Positions 26,966 to 36,914 of a stretch of 64,000 nucleotides of DNA are shown here, piece by piece. Positions within the stretch are counted from its first letter, which is position 1; the number at the start of each line of letters is the position of its first letter. The notes beneath the pieces were generated by a model. It did no database searches. It worked only from the letters and a program-made list of their open reading frames with translations, and had not been told where the DNA came from. The position numbers and the translations under genes are program-made. The stretch covers positions 192,508 to 256,507 of the IMG/VR virus record IMGVR_UViG_3300023202_000383, one strand, 5' to 3'.

Positions 26966-27859
26966 ATGACGAATACGCAGAAGAGAAATCAGCTCGTTGG
27001 GCTGATGACCGAAGGTGCCAATAAGTTCAGTACCTTGGGTTTCATCGCGTGGTGGAACGTACGAGGTGTCGAGGTCACTCGTGACGAGTTGATCGAGATG
27101 CTCAAGAAGGCCGACCTCGATCCGAAGTATGCTCGTAAGCATAACTATCGCAGCTCCTTTATCCGGGCACTCAAGGCCTTGGAAGAGCAGCGGATTATCA
27201 GACTGGTTGAGGAGAACCCGACCAGAATGATCTATCAGTTCACCAGCGAAGTCAAGATCGAGGACCCCGATTCGCCGCACTTCCTGTACACTCCCGAAAC
27301 CAATGTGGTCGTCGACAAGACCGAGTACTTCGAGTCTCAGGACTTCGAGAAGGCTCTGATTAAGTGCGACGAACAATTTAAGCAGCATCTGGTCGATCTG
27401 TTCAACAAGGAGCGAGAGACGTACCGATCCGCTGATGTGACTCGGTACGTCAAGAGCATCTTCTCTGACAGTGCCGATATTATTCCGCTTCGGCAGCAGG
27501 GTAGCGTCTACTTCGTGCCGTACGTCTTTAAGGATGTGGTCGACAAGGTCCATAGCCTGCTGACTCAACTCGGCAGTTCCCTGGAGTTCGCACCGCTTCC
27601 CGATGTTGGTTCGAGCCGTTCGATGGTCGGCAATGTCGTGGTCGATATGATCTCTGCCGATCTGGACAAGATCAAGGAAGAGGTCCATGAGACTCAGACC
27701 CAATCGATCAAACGTGCCGATCGGTGGACCGAGTACCGTAACAACCAGCTGAACGAAATCGAGGCGAGACTCGATTTCTACGCCGATGCGGTCGACGATG
27801 ATGTCCTGGAGAACCTCAAGCAGCGCGTTTCGGAAGTTCGCGTTGAATTGAACAGGTAA
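26966..27859 (+). CDS. hypothetical protein (GC-rich, helical C-terminus)
   Basis: 297 aa, strong GC3 codon bias. Confidence 0.8.
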   Translation: MTNTQKRNQLVGLMTEGANKFSTLGFIAWWNVRGVEVTRDELIEMLKKADLDPKYARKHNYRSSFIRALKALEEQRIIRLVEENPTRMIYQFTSEVKIEDPDSPHFLYTPETNVVVDKTEYFESQDFEKALIKCDEQFKQHLVDLFNKERETYRSADVTRYVKSIFSDSADIIPLRQQGSVYFVPYVFKDVVDKVHSLLTQLGSSLEFAPLPDVGSSRSMVGNVVVDMISADLDKIKEEVHETQTQSIKRADRWTEYRNNQLNEIEARLDFYADAVDDDVLENLKQRVSEVRVELNR

Positions 27860-27860
27860 C

Positions 27861-28052
27861 CATGACTGACGAGTAGCTTGAAGGTGCATGCACCACCTTC
27901 AAAGGGATTGGCGGGTACCTACCGGAGCACCCGCCCTAACGACTTTCCGAACGGTGTGTAAGCACTTAGGCGGAATTAGCGAGCCGACGCAAGTGTTTGA
28001 GGTTAGGAGCCTCACGTCTAAATGACGCGGTGAAATTCCGGAGCTAGTGCAT
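27861..28052 (+). ncRNA. candidate multi-stem structured RNA
   Basis: GC-rich non-coding gap with at least five hairpins and end-closing complementarity. Confidence 0.4.
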
Positions 28053-28081
28053 GGGCGGTGGTGGGCGAGACGGACGGGGCG

Positions 28082-28115
28082 GACCGGGGCGAGGAAACTC
28101 GCTCCGGTCTTTTTT
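28082..28115 (+). terminator. intrinsic terminator
   Basis: GACCGGGGCGAG-GAAA-CTCGCTCCGGTC followed by T6. Confidence 0.85.
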
Positions 28116-28125
28116 GGAGAGAACT

Positions 28126-29073
28126 ATGAGTAAAGTCACACTGGACGACATAATACCTGAAATTGAATCTGTCTTCGGCAAGGTAGGAGTCAGACTCAAG
28201 AAAGATGGATTTATCCCTACCAAGTATGAGGAGGGTAAAGAGAAGGTATATGACGTGAAACGAGGAAGGAAAACCAGAAAAGCCAAAACTAAGAAATTTA
28301 GAGCCACATTAAAGCGCGATGGCATGCGCTTAGAAATTTCGTGGTGCATAAATTCTAATCATATAGTCAATGATATTAATGGTTACAACGGTACAGCTCA
28401 ATTCTTTGTCAGGCAGAAGACCGGCGGCTACAAGAGCATGGCCGTTCTAATTGGCAAAAACGGCAAATGCTCATATGGGTGGAAAACCGGTCATCCTATA
28501 AAGTCTGCATTTATAGAAGCATTGGACACTGAAGTTCATGATATAGATCCATCATGTCGCCGCAGGCGACCAAAGGACGCTGAGCAGAGAAAATTCAGGT
28601 CGACAAACATCAAGAAGCATCCGGTTTTAGTTAGGATCTTCAAAGGCAAATACAAAACATATTATATTGATAATAATGGCAAAGTAGCCGTCAGCGAGTT
28701 GCCTGTTAAAATAGATAATAATATTGAGTATACGCATTCCTACGCTGATATCAACGCCTCTGTTGTTGGGCTTATCGCCATAAAGGGCAATAAGGTAACT
28801 CAAGATGTGTCTAATCCAAGCAATGACGGTGTGCACTTTATTGTCGAACATCGCTTAGGAACCGAGCGCAATCGTGTAGTGTATGTAAACGATAATGCTG
28901 ACTATTATTATGAAGGCCATTACCATCACTACTATGACAATAAAGCAGAAAAATATGCACATAAATATACATTGCCAAAGAGTAGCAAAAAGGCACCACT
29001 AGATCAAAATGACCAAGGCATTATAAGGTTGGTTGTGCAAGTATTCATTGACGAATTTGCAGAGGACGCATAG
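28126..29073 (+). CDS. hypothetical protein
   Basis: ATG 28126 after GGAGAG; the track N-terminal extension lies in the terminator. Confidence 0.7.
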   Translation: MSKVTLDDIIPEIESVFGKVGVRLKKDGFIPTKYEEGKEKVYDVKRGRKTRKAKTKKFRATLKRDGMRLEISWCINSNHIVNDINGYNGTAQFFVRQKTGGYKSMAVLIGKNGKCSYGWKTGHPIKSAFIEALDTEVHDIDPSCRRRRPKDAEQRKFRSTNIKKHPVLVRIFKGKYKTYYIDNNGKVAVSELPVKIDNNIEYTHSYADINASVVGLIAIKGNKVTQDVSNPSNDGVHFIVEHRLGTERNRVVYVNDNADYYYEGHYHHYYDNKAEKYAHKYTLPKSSKKAPLDQNDQGIIRLVVQVFIDEFAEDA

Positions 29074-29156
29074 TGGTTTTTCGCCGCGCGGCTGTGCGCC
29101 ACGATCGATAGCAGCCAGCGGGTGGCTGTCAAACATAAAAGTGGAGATAGAACAAT

Positions 29157-29507
29157 ATGGGACAGCACTTCTACGTACCGAGCAACATCGTCGAGAAGGA
29201 ACTTGAGGTCAGCAAAGAGCTTGACCCCATCAAGAAACCCGATCTGACTCCGAAGCAGGTGATCGAAGAGCAGATTCTGGGGATTACCGGCAGACCCAAC
29301 AATTTCGACAAAGTCGTATTCAAGGAGTTGTGGTCCGACGAAGCCGGTACGCGGTTCCGCGTCAATGTCTTCACTAAGACGTACGAGAAAGACAGCGCCA
29401 TGCCCGACATTTCGATGGTTGACAGCTATTTCGTCCTGTTCAACAGCGAAATGGGATCGGTTGACCAGATCAGCCCATCTCCGAGACTGAAATTCCGCAA
29501 TAATTGA
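29157..29507 (+). CDS. hypothetical protein (GC-rich)
   Basis: GGAG RBS, GC3 bias. Confidence 0.7.
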   Translation: MGQHFYVPSNIVEKELEVSKELDPIKKPDLTPKQVIEEQILGITGRPNNFDKVVFKELWSDEAGTRFRVNVFTKTYEKDSAMPDISMVDSYFVLFNSEMGSVDQISPSPRLKFRNN

Positions 29508-29824
29508 TGAAGAACGTCATGCAAGCCATGGCGGAAGAGCTAGTCCGTAGACTATGCTATTGCGAGCTGGTGCGCAAAAAGTGGCCCTCAAACGGATTCC
29601 CACACTATAGATGGAATAGTGGTATTGGTGGAGAGCATGGTCTCATTGAGGTAATATATTCTGATTGTATATTGGCTGAATTTTGGCCAGACTGCTCCAC
29701 AGTATGGTATCCGAAGTCCAAAGGATGGCATTATATTCTTGAGGACCCAAATTTCGAGCCAGAATTTCTGGTGTACGAAATGTATGCGTACTTGGTTGCA
29801 CACTACCTACTAGGGTCTCGATGA
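29504..29824 (+). CDS. hypothetical protein, DPxF(D/N)P family
   Basis: YILEDPNFEPEFLVYEM. Confidence 0.6.
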   Translation: MMKNVMQAMAEELVRRLCYCELVRKKWPSNGFPHYRWNSGIGGEHGLIEVIYSDCILAEFWPDCSTVWYPKSKGWHYILEDPNFEPEFLVYEMYAYLVAHYLLGSR

Positions 29825-31908
29825 AGTTACCAGAAAACATAGAAGCTAGAGACTACCAGCTCCAGATCATATCCGAAACCATTGAAGCAATCGAGCGTGG
29901 GCATAAGTCTATTTTGATAGTCTCGCCAACTGGATCGGGCAAGACTATTACGGGGCACTTACTTCTGCATGAGCTTTACAATAGATATGGTTACAATGCT
30001 GGGTGGACCTCAATGCGTAGGTTCCTTTGGCGTCAAGCACGTAGATCGAATGAAAAATTGACGAAGTTTCCGCATGTCCGATATTTTAGTCTATTTGATA
30101 AAGACTTTCCAACCGACGTCGATGTGCGAGTGGAAGATGAGTGCCTTCCGGCACCCACTATAATAGAAACGGAAGATGGGCTAAAAACGATTAGAGAAAT
30201 CGTTGATTCAAAATATTCTGGAAGAGTGCTTTCATTCAACGGAACAAACAATGAATGGTGTGAGGTTACTAATTGGTATAAAAGAGACAACGATAAAACT
30301 TGGATTAATCCAACAAGAAACAACCCAAATAAATACACTGACACATTCAAGCAATTGTGGTGTACACCAGATCATACATTATTCTATATTGATGATCCAT
30401 TAAATCCTATCATAAAACAAATTGCAGCCAAAGACATTGCCGGAAAGTATCTTGTTGCAAAACCAACAAATTATAAACGAAACAACATAAATCCTTACTA
30501 TAATAGTGATCAGTTATCGGTCATAATTGGATCTGTCTTGGGTGATGGCTCGGTTGGCAAGTCTGGCAGAGTAAGACTGCAGCATTGCAGTATGCAATCT
30601 GAATATTTAGACTGGAAAGCCAAAATACTTGGTGGCAATAAATCAAGACATGATAAATGGTCTGGATATAGATGGAAGCACGACGGATTTAGAGACAATT
30701 TTGCCGTAACTAGCCAGACATCTAGAATAAGAGATATATGCTACATAAATAATCAAAAGAAAATCACAAACGACATAGTTGAAATGGCGGATATAAAGAC
30801 TGTTGCTATATGGTATATGGATGATGGGAGTATTAGTAGAAAACGTGCAGTGTTCCATACTGAAGGATTCGACAAAGAATCGGTAATAAACTGCCAGAAA
30901 ATATTGGCAAAGTTCGACATAAATAGCAAAATAGCTAAGTCGAAAACAAAATACCATATTATACAATTAAATGTAGAAAATACTAAGAAAATGATGGGAT
31001 TAATATCAAAATACAGATGCTCATCTATGAATTATAAATTTACAGAACATCATGACTTATATAAATGGGACAGCAAAAAATTAGACTTCGGAACAATCAA
31101 AATAAATCATATTAATAATAAACAAGGTAGGGCGATAAAAGGTAGGAAATTGAAGTATGACATAGAAGTCAAAAAGAATCATAACTTTTATGCCAATGGA
31201 TATTTAGTACACAATTGCCACCATAGCGCATGCAATACGTCTATTTGGCAGCGCGAGACCATCGACCCGGCAATTGACATTGGTTTGACGGCTACTAACT
31301 ATCGTACTGACAAGCTGAAGTTGGCTTATAGTAAGGTTGTCAACGGCCCAGATATAGATTTTCTTGTGAATAACGGCTTCTTGAGTCCTTATCACTTCTA
31401 TGCGCTCAGGCAGAGATGGAATGCAGACAACATAGCACGCTTGTATTTGTCGGACGCTGCCAGGTGGGGCAAAAGTGTGATCTTCTTATCCAAGGTGGAC
31501 AACTGCTATAAAGCAATGAATATTTTGTCCGATGCTGGAATAAAATGTGATGTTGTGCATGCTAATAGCGACCAAGAGAACCAGATCGAAGCGTTTATCA
31601 ACAATGACTTGCAAGTTTTGCTGAACGTCTTTGTTCTTACAGAAGGTTTCGACGTACCAGACTTGAAGACCGTATTTGTTAGATCTGCATCAGAGGGGCC
31701 GACAATACAGATGTGTGGACGAGTGCTTCGTACTCATGGCAGCAAAAAATATGCGCAAATAGTCCAGCCGTATTCTGCCAAGCATCCTTTCACCAATATA
31801 GCTGAGGCATCAAAGAAATTGGTGCAGAAGAGAGGCAATTGGGATGAAGTTTCTACGAATTCCTTAGTAGAGATAGCGTCTAAAGCTATATTTAGGAGAA
31901 GATGGTGA
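29821..31908 (+). CDS. SF2 DExH helicase containing an intein
   Basis: RDYQ Q-motif, SPTGSGKT, DE|CHH, GLTAT, LTEGFDVPDL, QMCGRVLR. Confidence 0.9.
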   Translation: MKLPENIEARDYQLQIISETIEAIERGHKSILIVSPTGSGKTITGHLLLHELYNRYGYNAGWTSMRRFLWRQARRSNEKLTKFPHVRYFSLFDKDFPTDVDVRVEDECLPAPTIIETEDGLKTIREIVDSKYSGRVLSFNGTNNEWCEVTNWYKRDNDKTWINPTRNNPNKYTDTFKQLWCTPDHTLFYIDDPLNPIIKQIAAKDIAGKYLVAKPTNYKRNNINPYYNSDQLSVIIGSVLGDGSVGKSGRVRLQHCSMQSEYLDWKAKILGGNKSRHDKWSGYRWKHDGFRDNFAVTSQTSRIRDICYINNQKKITNDIVEMADIKTVAIWYMDDGSISRKRAVFHTEGFDKESVINCQKILAKFDINSKIAKSKTKYHIIQLNVENTKKMMGLISKYRCSSMNYKFTEHHDLYKWDSKKLDFGTIKINHINNKQGRAIKGRKLKYDIEVKKNHNFYANGYLVHNCHHSACNTSIWQRETIDPAIDIGLTATNYRTDKLKLAYSKVVNGPDIDFLVNNGFLSPYHFYALRQRWNADNIARLYLSDAARWGKSVIFLSKVDNCYKAMNILSDAGIKCDVVHANSDQENQIEAFINNDLQVLLNVFVLTEGFDVPDLKTVFVRSASEGPTIQMCGRVLRTHGSKKYAQIVQPYSAKHPFTNIAEASKKLVQKRGNWDEVSTNSLVEIASKAIFRRRW
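30142..31215 (+). mobile_element. intein (358 aa) with LAGLIDADG endonuclease
   Basis: Starts CLPAPTII, ends FYANGYLVHN, +1 Cys; internal IIGSVLGDGS and WYMDDGS motifs. Confidence 0.92.
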
Positions 31909-32213
31909 TAAAGTTTAAGAACCCTAGGATCGTAAGACTTGACAATGATGGTTGGCCTACTGAAGAGCATTTAAGTGTGCCAAGCGAAGTTTATATTTTG
32001 ATGAATGGTGAAGTCATCTGGCTTGGTTGTCAGATATGCCTCCTAATTGACATAGAAAAGGCAGTATGTAAGAGATATTTAAATATGCTCAAGTGTCTAG
32101 TAAACGTAGAAGAGCATATGGGAGAGTGGGATTCGGTCAGTAGAATGCCATTAACTCAGCAAGCTTTTGAAGATGCAAAGAAGTGGCTAACTACGCACGA
32201 TTTTGCCAAGTAG
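31902..32213 (+). CDS. hypothetical protein
   Basis: ORF overlapping the helicase stop. Confidence 0.55.
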   Translation: MVIKFKNPRIVRLDNDGWPTEEHLSVPSEVYILMNGEVIWLGCQICLLIDIEKAVCKRYLNMLKCLVNVEEHMGEWDSVSRMPLTQQAFEDAKKWLTTHDFAK

Positions 32214-32901
32214 GGATATCTGTGACTTCTTTGCTCATGCCGTACTCGCGGTTCTGCTTGGCCCATATTTTGACTAATTTTGAAGCCTCATATATTCTTA
32301 TCAGTTCGTCTCTAGTTAGGCCCATTTCGAGAATTTCTCCAATCTCAGACCCCATTATGGCTGCTACTACTTTAAATGAAGCACTGGTCCTTAATGCGCA
32401 TCTATTTATTGAATTATATACCCAGCCCTTTTGATTCAACTTTTTAACCTCAGAAGCCGCGCGTACAGCCAGCCAGTCGTTGTTTTGTTTGCAGTTTCTA
32501 GCTCTTCTTTTGGCTCTTTTTACTTTTTCTGTCCGCTTTTTCGCTTCATCATGTGATATGTTATACGCGCTGTACTTAAGCACAACAGGGTACTTCCCGA
32601 GGCTCATAGATGATTTCTTTATCGTCCCATCGGGTGCTTCGCAACTAAACACGGCTGGCCTGTAGAATAATGAGTTACCCCAGTATATTGTCAGAGGCGA
32701 TTTTACCAATGTGTGTTTCAGAGTGCACCTTTTTGCAGTTACGGAATCGACAGCCCATGGTATTTCACCCGACACTACGCTCGATGATAAAAGTCCTGGA
32801 TTGGCGTCTTGCCCATCGAATTCGACTAAAATCTTCTGCTCAGGATGAAGCATTTTTGCTTCATCTATATCTAAATCCGGCCCGATAGCTGAATATATCA
32901 T
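32191..32901 (-). CDS. hypothetical protein
   Basis: 236-aa ORF, GGAG RBS. Confidence 0.65.
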   Translation of the reverse strand: MIYSAIGPDLDIDEAKMLHPEQKILVEFDGQDANPGLLSSSVVSGEIPWAVDSVTAKRCTLKHTLVKSPLTIYWGNSLFYRPAVFSCEAPDGTIKKSSMSLGKYPVVLKYSAYNISHDEAKKRTEKVKRAKRRARNCKQNNDWLAVRAASEVKKLNQKGWVYNSINRCALRTSASFKVVAAIMGSEIGEILEMGLTRDELIRIYEASKLVKIWAKQNREYGMSKEVTDIPTWQNRA

Positions 32902-32980
32902 CCTGTGCTCCTCTTTCTATTGTATATTTTGTCATGACTTTCAGCGCGCGGCGGCTGCGCCACGACAAGCGGAGGAAAGT

Positions 32981-33982
32981 ATGCACAATCTACCAACAAT
33001 AGAACATGAAGTTGCTCAGTTGTCCAAGATCCATGTTGATGACAACGACAGACTCACGCTGCCTGATGGCAGAGTGGTAGAATCAAGCGATAAATTCTGG
33101 TCTTCATGGTCTTCGATGTTTAAAATCGACACCAACATATTCAAGACCTTTTCGCACAAAGAGGTGTTTGGGAGGGTCGATGGTCGCGTAAGAGTAATTA
33201 TGGTTGATAATTTGGCAGTTGGATGTGCTGACCCATCTAAAACCATAGTTGAACCTGGCCACATAGATAGCCTCATGGATCTGGGCCCCATATATTCTAT
33301 ATATGGCGGTGGCATATATAATATGGTATTCCCGGTAAGATTCGACACAAAATTATACGTTGGCTCTGACGCCCTTAAGCCGCGATTTAGTGTTGACATC
33401 TATATCGATAGCGGGAGACTGCCTACAATACATCTCGCTGCCGCAAAGTTCGACGACACTATAATTGTTGCTAGAAACAGAGATTTTAAGGCTAACATCA
33501 ATCTCGGTAAGAGCCAAGATAAGGCACTTGATATTCTTAAACGCAATATAGTTTCTTTCAACGATGAAAGCGGCTACAAGGAATTGGCCGAGAAATTGAC
33601 CACAGGGTTTGCTTCATGGGCATCTTATTATGAATCGTCGTCTCTGTATAAGATTCTTGGGTCTGCACTAGCGGATCTAAGCCACAGCGATAGATCAAAA
33701 TATTTGAATATGCTCACGGAACTGTGCGGAGACCCACTTGAATGGTACGGTATTTCTACTGGCTCTGATATTTCTGACAAGAAGTCGAAGAAGATACCAG
33801 TAAAATCCAATGTTTATGACCTGATAAATTTCGCTGGATATGTCTCTACGAAGATCATCGCTAGTAGGTCGGGCAAAATGGAGATTGAAAATTGGATAGG
33901 TAAAGTCTTGATGGACGAGTTCGACCTCGAAAATAGCGTGAAGGCTTTTCCTAGATATGAAGACTTTTTCGATGAAAAATAA
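32981..33982 (+). CDS. hypothetical protein
   Basis: 333 aa, GGAGG RBS. Confidence 0.75.
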   Translation: MHNLPTIEHEVAQLSKIHVDDNDRLTLPDGRVVESSDKFWSSWSSMFKIDTNIFKTFSHKEVFGRVDGRVRVIMVDNLAVGCADPSKTIVEPGHIDSLMDLGPIYSIYGGGIYNMVFPVRFDTKLYVGSDALKPRFSVDIYIDSGRLPTIHLAAAKFDDTIIVARNRDFKANINLGKSQDKALDILKRNIVSFNDESGYKELAEKLTTGFASWASYYESSSLYKILGSALADLSHSDRSKYLNMLTELCGDPLEWYGISTGSDISDKKSKKIPVKSNVYDLINFAGYVSTKIIASRSGKMEIENWIGKVLMDEFDLENSVKAFPRYEDFFDEK

Positions 33983-34364
33983 CCCACACTGCAATTTTGT
34001 TAAGCCAAATACAAAAGATGAAATCGAGCAATTAATCTCGTATGAAATTACATATTGTGAAATAGATCGTTTGGTTTCTATACGCAGGTGTGGTCAAGCA
34101 ATCGAGATATCTGACAATATATGCGACCCAAACTCATATATATGGGTATTGATATATGTAGAATTTGACAAGATCGAGACTGCTAGTGGCCATATAATTT
34201 ATGACGGCTATAAAGCATATACATTAATGACTAATCAGCTGCAACACGAACTGCCTTTGTCAGGCAAGAATAAGGAAACACTAGACGACATCATGAAGCA
34301 TGTCCATGAGGCACCAGCGGTTCCATTCGGTGTTTATGATCTTTACAGTTTTATGGCTTTTTGA
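33957..34364 (+). CDS. hypothetical protein
   Basis: ICDPNSYIWVLI...IIYDG, weak member of the second paralog family. Confidence 0.55.
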   Translation: MKTFSMKNNPHCNFVKPNTKDEIEQLISYEITYCEIDRLVSIRRCGQAIEISDNICDPNSYIWVLIYVEFDKIETASGHIIYDGYKAYTLMTNQLQHELPLSGKNKETLDDIMKHVHEAPAVPFGVYDLYSFMAF

Positions 34365-34370
34365 GATAAT

Positions 34371-34850
34371 ATGACAATACAATATGAACCATATGTGTTT
34401 AAGGGTGATTGGAAGCTTTGGCGTATATGCACCATGGACGTCTGCCATGTAGATAGCAATGGCTGCGTAAGTTTAGATGACATATCAGATCCATCTAAAG
34501 ACGAGTTGTGGTTTCTGATAGGCATTTTAGCCAAGCATCCTAGGCATAGGAGCAACAAGTCCTCAGTTATGACTATTGTAACTGACGGCGAAGTGTGGTA
34601 TGATTGTACTATTACAAAATCTTCATTTATTGGGAAAATGACCAAAGTCGATGACAAAGGTGGGGATTTTATAATTAGTTTAGATCAATCACTACAGCAC
34701 GCTGACCTTCATGCTGATCCTATGGATCATGACAGTCCAGAAGCTTACATTATAGCTAGTAGTGTCCCTAGATTTGGATGCGGCTACGCGGACTTGTCGC
34801 CGGAATCCAAAGAGGTAATCCAGAATGCCATCAAAGAACGATTCGGTTAA
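34371..34850 (+). CDS. hypothetical protein, I(I/V)TDGxxW family
   Basis: DDISDPSKDELWFLI...IVTDGEVWY. Confidence 0.65.
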   Translation: MTIQYEPYVFKGDWKLWRICTMDVCHVDSNGCVSLDDISDPSKDELWFLIGILAKHPRHRSNKSSVMTIVTDGEVWYDCTITKSSFIGKMTKVDDKGGDFIISLDQSLQHADLHADPMDHDSPEAYIIASSVPRFGCGYADLSPESKEVIQNAIKERFG

Positions 34851-35385
34851 CGTGTCGTACATACCATTATTGGATGTGGACCACTCGACACCAATTGACT
34901 ATGCGCCGCATATTCTTCGCACAATCCAAGAAGGCGTTGGTCTAATAAGATACATATTTACATATGGTGGCGGGAAGATAGTGTTGTGTTTAAATAGGGC
35001 AAGAGACATCTATGACCATATGGATAAATGGTGTGACGGCGATATAGAAAATACGATGGTGATAAATGCCGAAAATGGCGACAATCGCTTTTCTCTATGT
35101 ATATTCCCCGTACAAGTTAATATTGGCGAAGATATAGTTGTCCCACTCCGGTATCAATCTACTAAAGGGCATGAAGCGCCAGAGTTGGGTCAAAAAGTCA
35201 AAGTTGGCATCGCTGATTCTAGTGGGTTGCCGCAGAAATATTTAATGCCTAGTGATATATACTGGCTTGGGAATCTCCGTACTTCTAGCGTGAAGTTCGA
35301 CGGCGAATCGGTCCAATCTAAGATCTTATCATTGCTTCGCGACGTTGGCGGCGACACCAGCGAGAGAGGAACGAACGATGGCTAA
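34825..35385 (+). CDS. hypothetical protein
   Basis: 186-aa ORF in an overlapping run. Confidence 0.6.
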   Translation: MPSKNDSVNVSYIPLLDVDHSTPIDYAPHILRTIQEGVGLIRYIFTYGGGKIVLCLNRARDIYDHMDKWCDGDIENTMVINAENGDNRFSLCIFPVQVNIGEDIVVPLRYQSTKGHEAPELGQKVKVGIADSSGLPQKYLMPSDIYWLGNLRTSSVKFDGESVQSKILSLLRDVGGDTSERGTNDG

Positions 35386-35953
35386 ACGCACATGGAAATG
35401 GCAACTCGCAGCTATCCAGAAGCTGATTCCAGACGCTCAGGTCGTGAGAGACGACGAGGGCTATCGGGTAGATGCTGCTGCTAAGATAGGCGGCTATACC
35501 GCCGCAGAGCGATTCGATGACCCATTTACTGAGATTGATAGCACCGCAGATAGCCCAGGTGAAGCAGTTATCAAATGGTATGACGCTGTAAGCTGCTCCG
35601 ATCCAACACTGTATGTGGCTTACAAAGGCAAGAAGTTCATGCCAGATCCAATTCGAGGCGAATGGCGTGAATTAAGCGACGAAGACGCAGAATGCCTTCT
35701 CGATACCAGAAAGTCATTCAGGGCGATCCAGCAATCCGAAGCTGTCAAGCCGCAGCACAGAGCGGTCAATATAGATAGTTTCGAAGATTACGAAGACCCG
35801 TCTGAATTGGAGAAGAAGGAAGACAAACCCGAACCTCAAAAAGATAGTGTCCTGGTAGACCATATAAAATTCGGTGCCAAAGCACTCGGACTGGCATTCT
35901 TGATAGGATTTGGCAGAGCCTGGTGGTCGAGCGATACCAGAGAACGCAGATAA
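35378..35953 (+). CDS. hypothetical protein with C-terminal hydrophobic segment
   Basis: ATG 35378 after GAGGA; FGAKALGLAFLIGFG. Confidence 0.65.
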   Translation: MAKRTWKWQLAAIQKLIPDAQVVRDDEGYRVDAAAKIGGYTAAERFDDPFTEIDSTADSPGEAVIKWYDAVSCSDPTLYVAYKGKKFMPDPIRGEWRELSDEDAECLLDTRKSFRAIQQSEAVKPQHRAVNIDSFEDYEDPSELEKKEDKPEPQKDSVLVDHIKFGAKALGLAFLIGFGRAWWSSDTRERR

Positions 35954-36126
35954 TTCTTGGCTCCATCAAACTACGTTACTGTGTCCCGTGCACTAGCGTA
36001 TGCTAGAGGAGAACACTTAGATTGGCGAGAGACAACTTAAAATTGAAAACATCTATCAGTCTCCGCAAAGCCAACCTACGTGTAAGTGACCACTAATTTA
36101 TAGTTCTACCAGTCACACTCCTAAGC

Positions 36127-36555
36127 ATGCGTGAAAACCCACAAAGTATCGATGTAGGTGTCAACAAAGGCTCGCCTTTTTGCATGGCCTTTTTGTTTGC
36201 CAAAGATGGCCTCAAGGTATATAGCGGGTCTATCGACAGAATCGAAAGCGCAACATCTACGATGCCAGTTTGCCATGGTATCGTGCACATATATTGTAAG
36301 ATTTCTAACATGCGGAAATATTGGTCTCTGTTTGGCAACAGGCGTGGCCTTGAATTGCTGAAACTCTCGTGGAGGAAGAACGATCGGAGATTCAGCGGCA
36401 GATATGTCAAAAAGAATCACAAATACATTCTATATAGTGGGGAAGTCGACGATTATTACGGCTTCGAACCTAGACCTCTAAAAGAATTTAAGCTTATTGC
36501 GTCGTGGAGGAGGTTACCTAGCGAATTTCTGAATGAACTGGAGCCATATCAATGA
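36127..36555 (+). CDS. hypothetical protein
   Basis: 142-aa ORF. Confidence 0.55.
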   Translation: MRENPQSIDVGVNKGSPFCMAFLFAKDGLKVYSGSIDRIESATSTMPVCHGIVHIYCKISNMRKYWSLFGNRRGLELLKLSWRKNDRRFSGRYVKKNHKYILYSGEVDDYYGFEPRPLKEFKLIASWRRLPSEFLNELEPYQ

Positions 36556-36914
36556 GAAAGAAAATCAGATGGTTCGAGTTCTTCGATAGTTCAAAGTATG
36601 TTGTGTCGAGAGTATTGGCTGTAGAAGCAGTAATGCTGGATAAGAAGCACCGCATTGTCAAAGCTGTTGATCGGCCTGGTGATGCATATTTCTCTATCAC
36701 GCTAATCATCATCCCTCGCGACGATCCACAGTCTACAAGGCATACCTCGATTATCTATGATTCACATAACAACAGATGGGTATGGGCCAATCACAAGAAG
36801 GTGGTCAGTTGGCCATCTAGATACAATCTCACGAAAGAGGACAAGTCGGTTATCGATAAGGCTGTCCATGAGTACGTAGCAACTGTCATAGACCCGGAGG
36901 TTTCTAATGCATAA
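36552..36914 (+). CDS. hypothetical protein
   Basis: ATGA overlap with the upstream gene. Confidence 0.6.
   Translation: MRKKIRWFEFFDSSKYVVSRVLAVEAVMLDKKHRIVKAVDRPGDAYFSITLIIIPRDDPQSTRHTSIIYDSHNNRWVWANHKKVVSWPSRYNLTKEDKSVIDKAVHEYVATVIDPEVSNA

Noticed and set aside
27866-27877. CTGACGAG hammerhead-core-like sequence
   Set aside because: No matching stem II plus GAAA arrangement could be built
26876-27889. 337-aa minus-strand ORF
   Set aside because: Antisense shadow of the GC3-biased gene 26966-27859; no motifs or RBS
28082-28109. Group II intron domain V-like hairpin with GAAA loop
   Set aside because: Lacks the AGC/CGC triad and the AC bulge, and is followed by T6; better explained as a terminator
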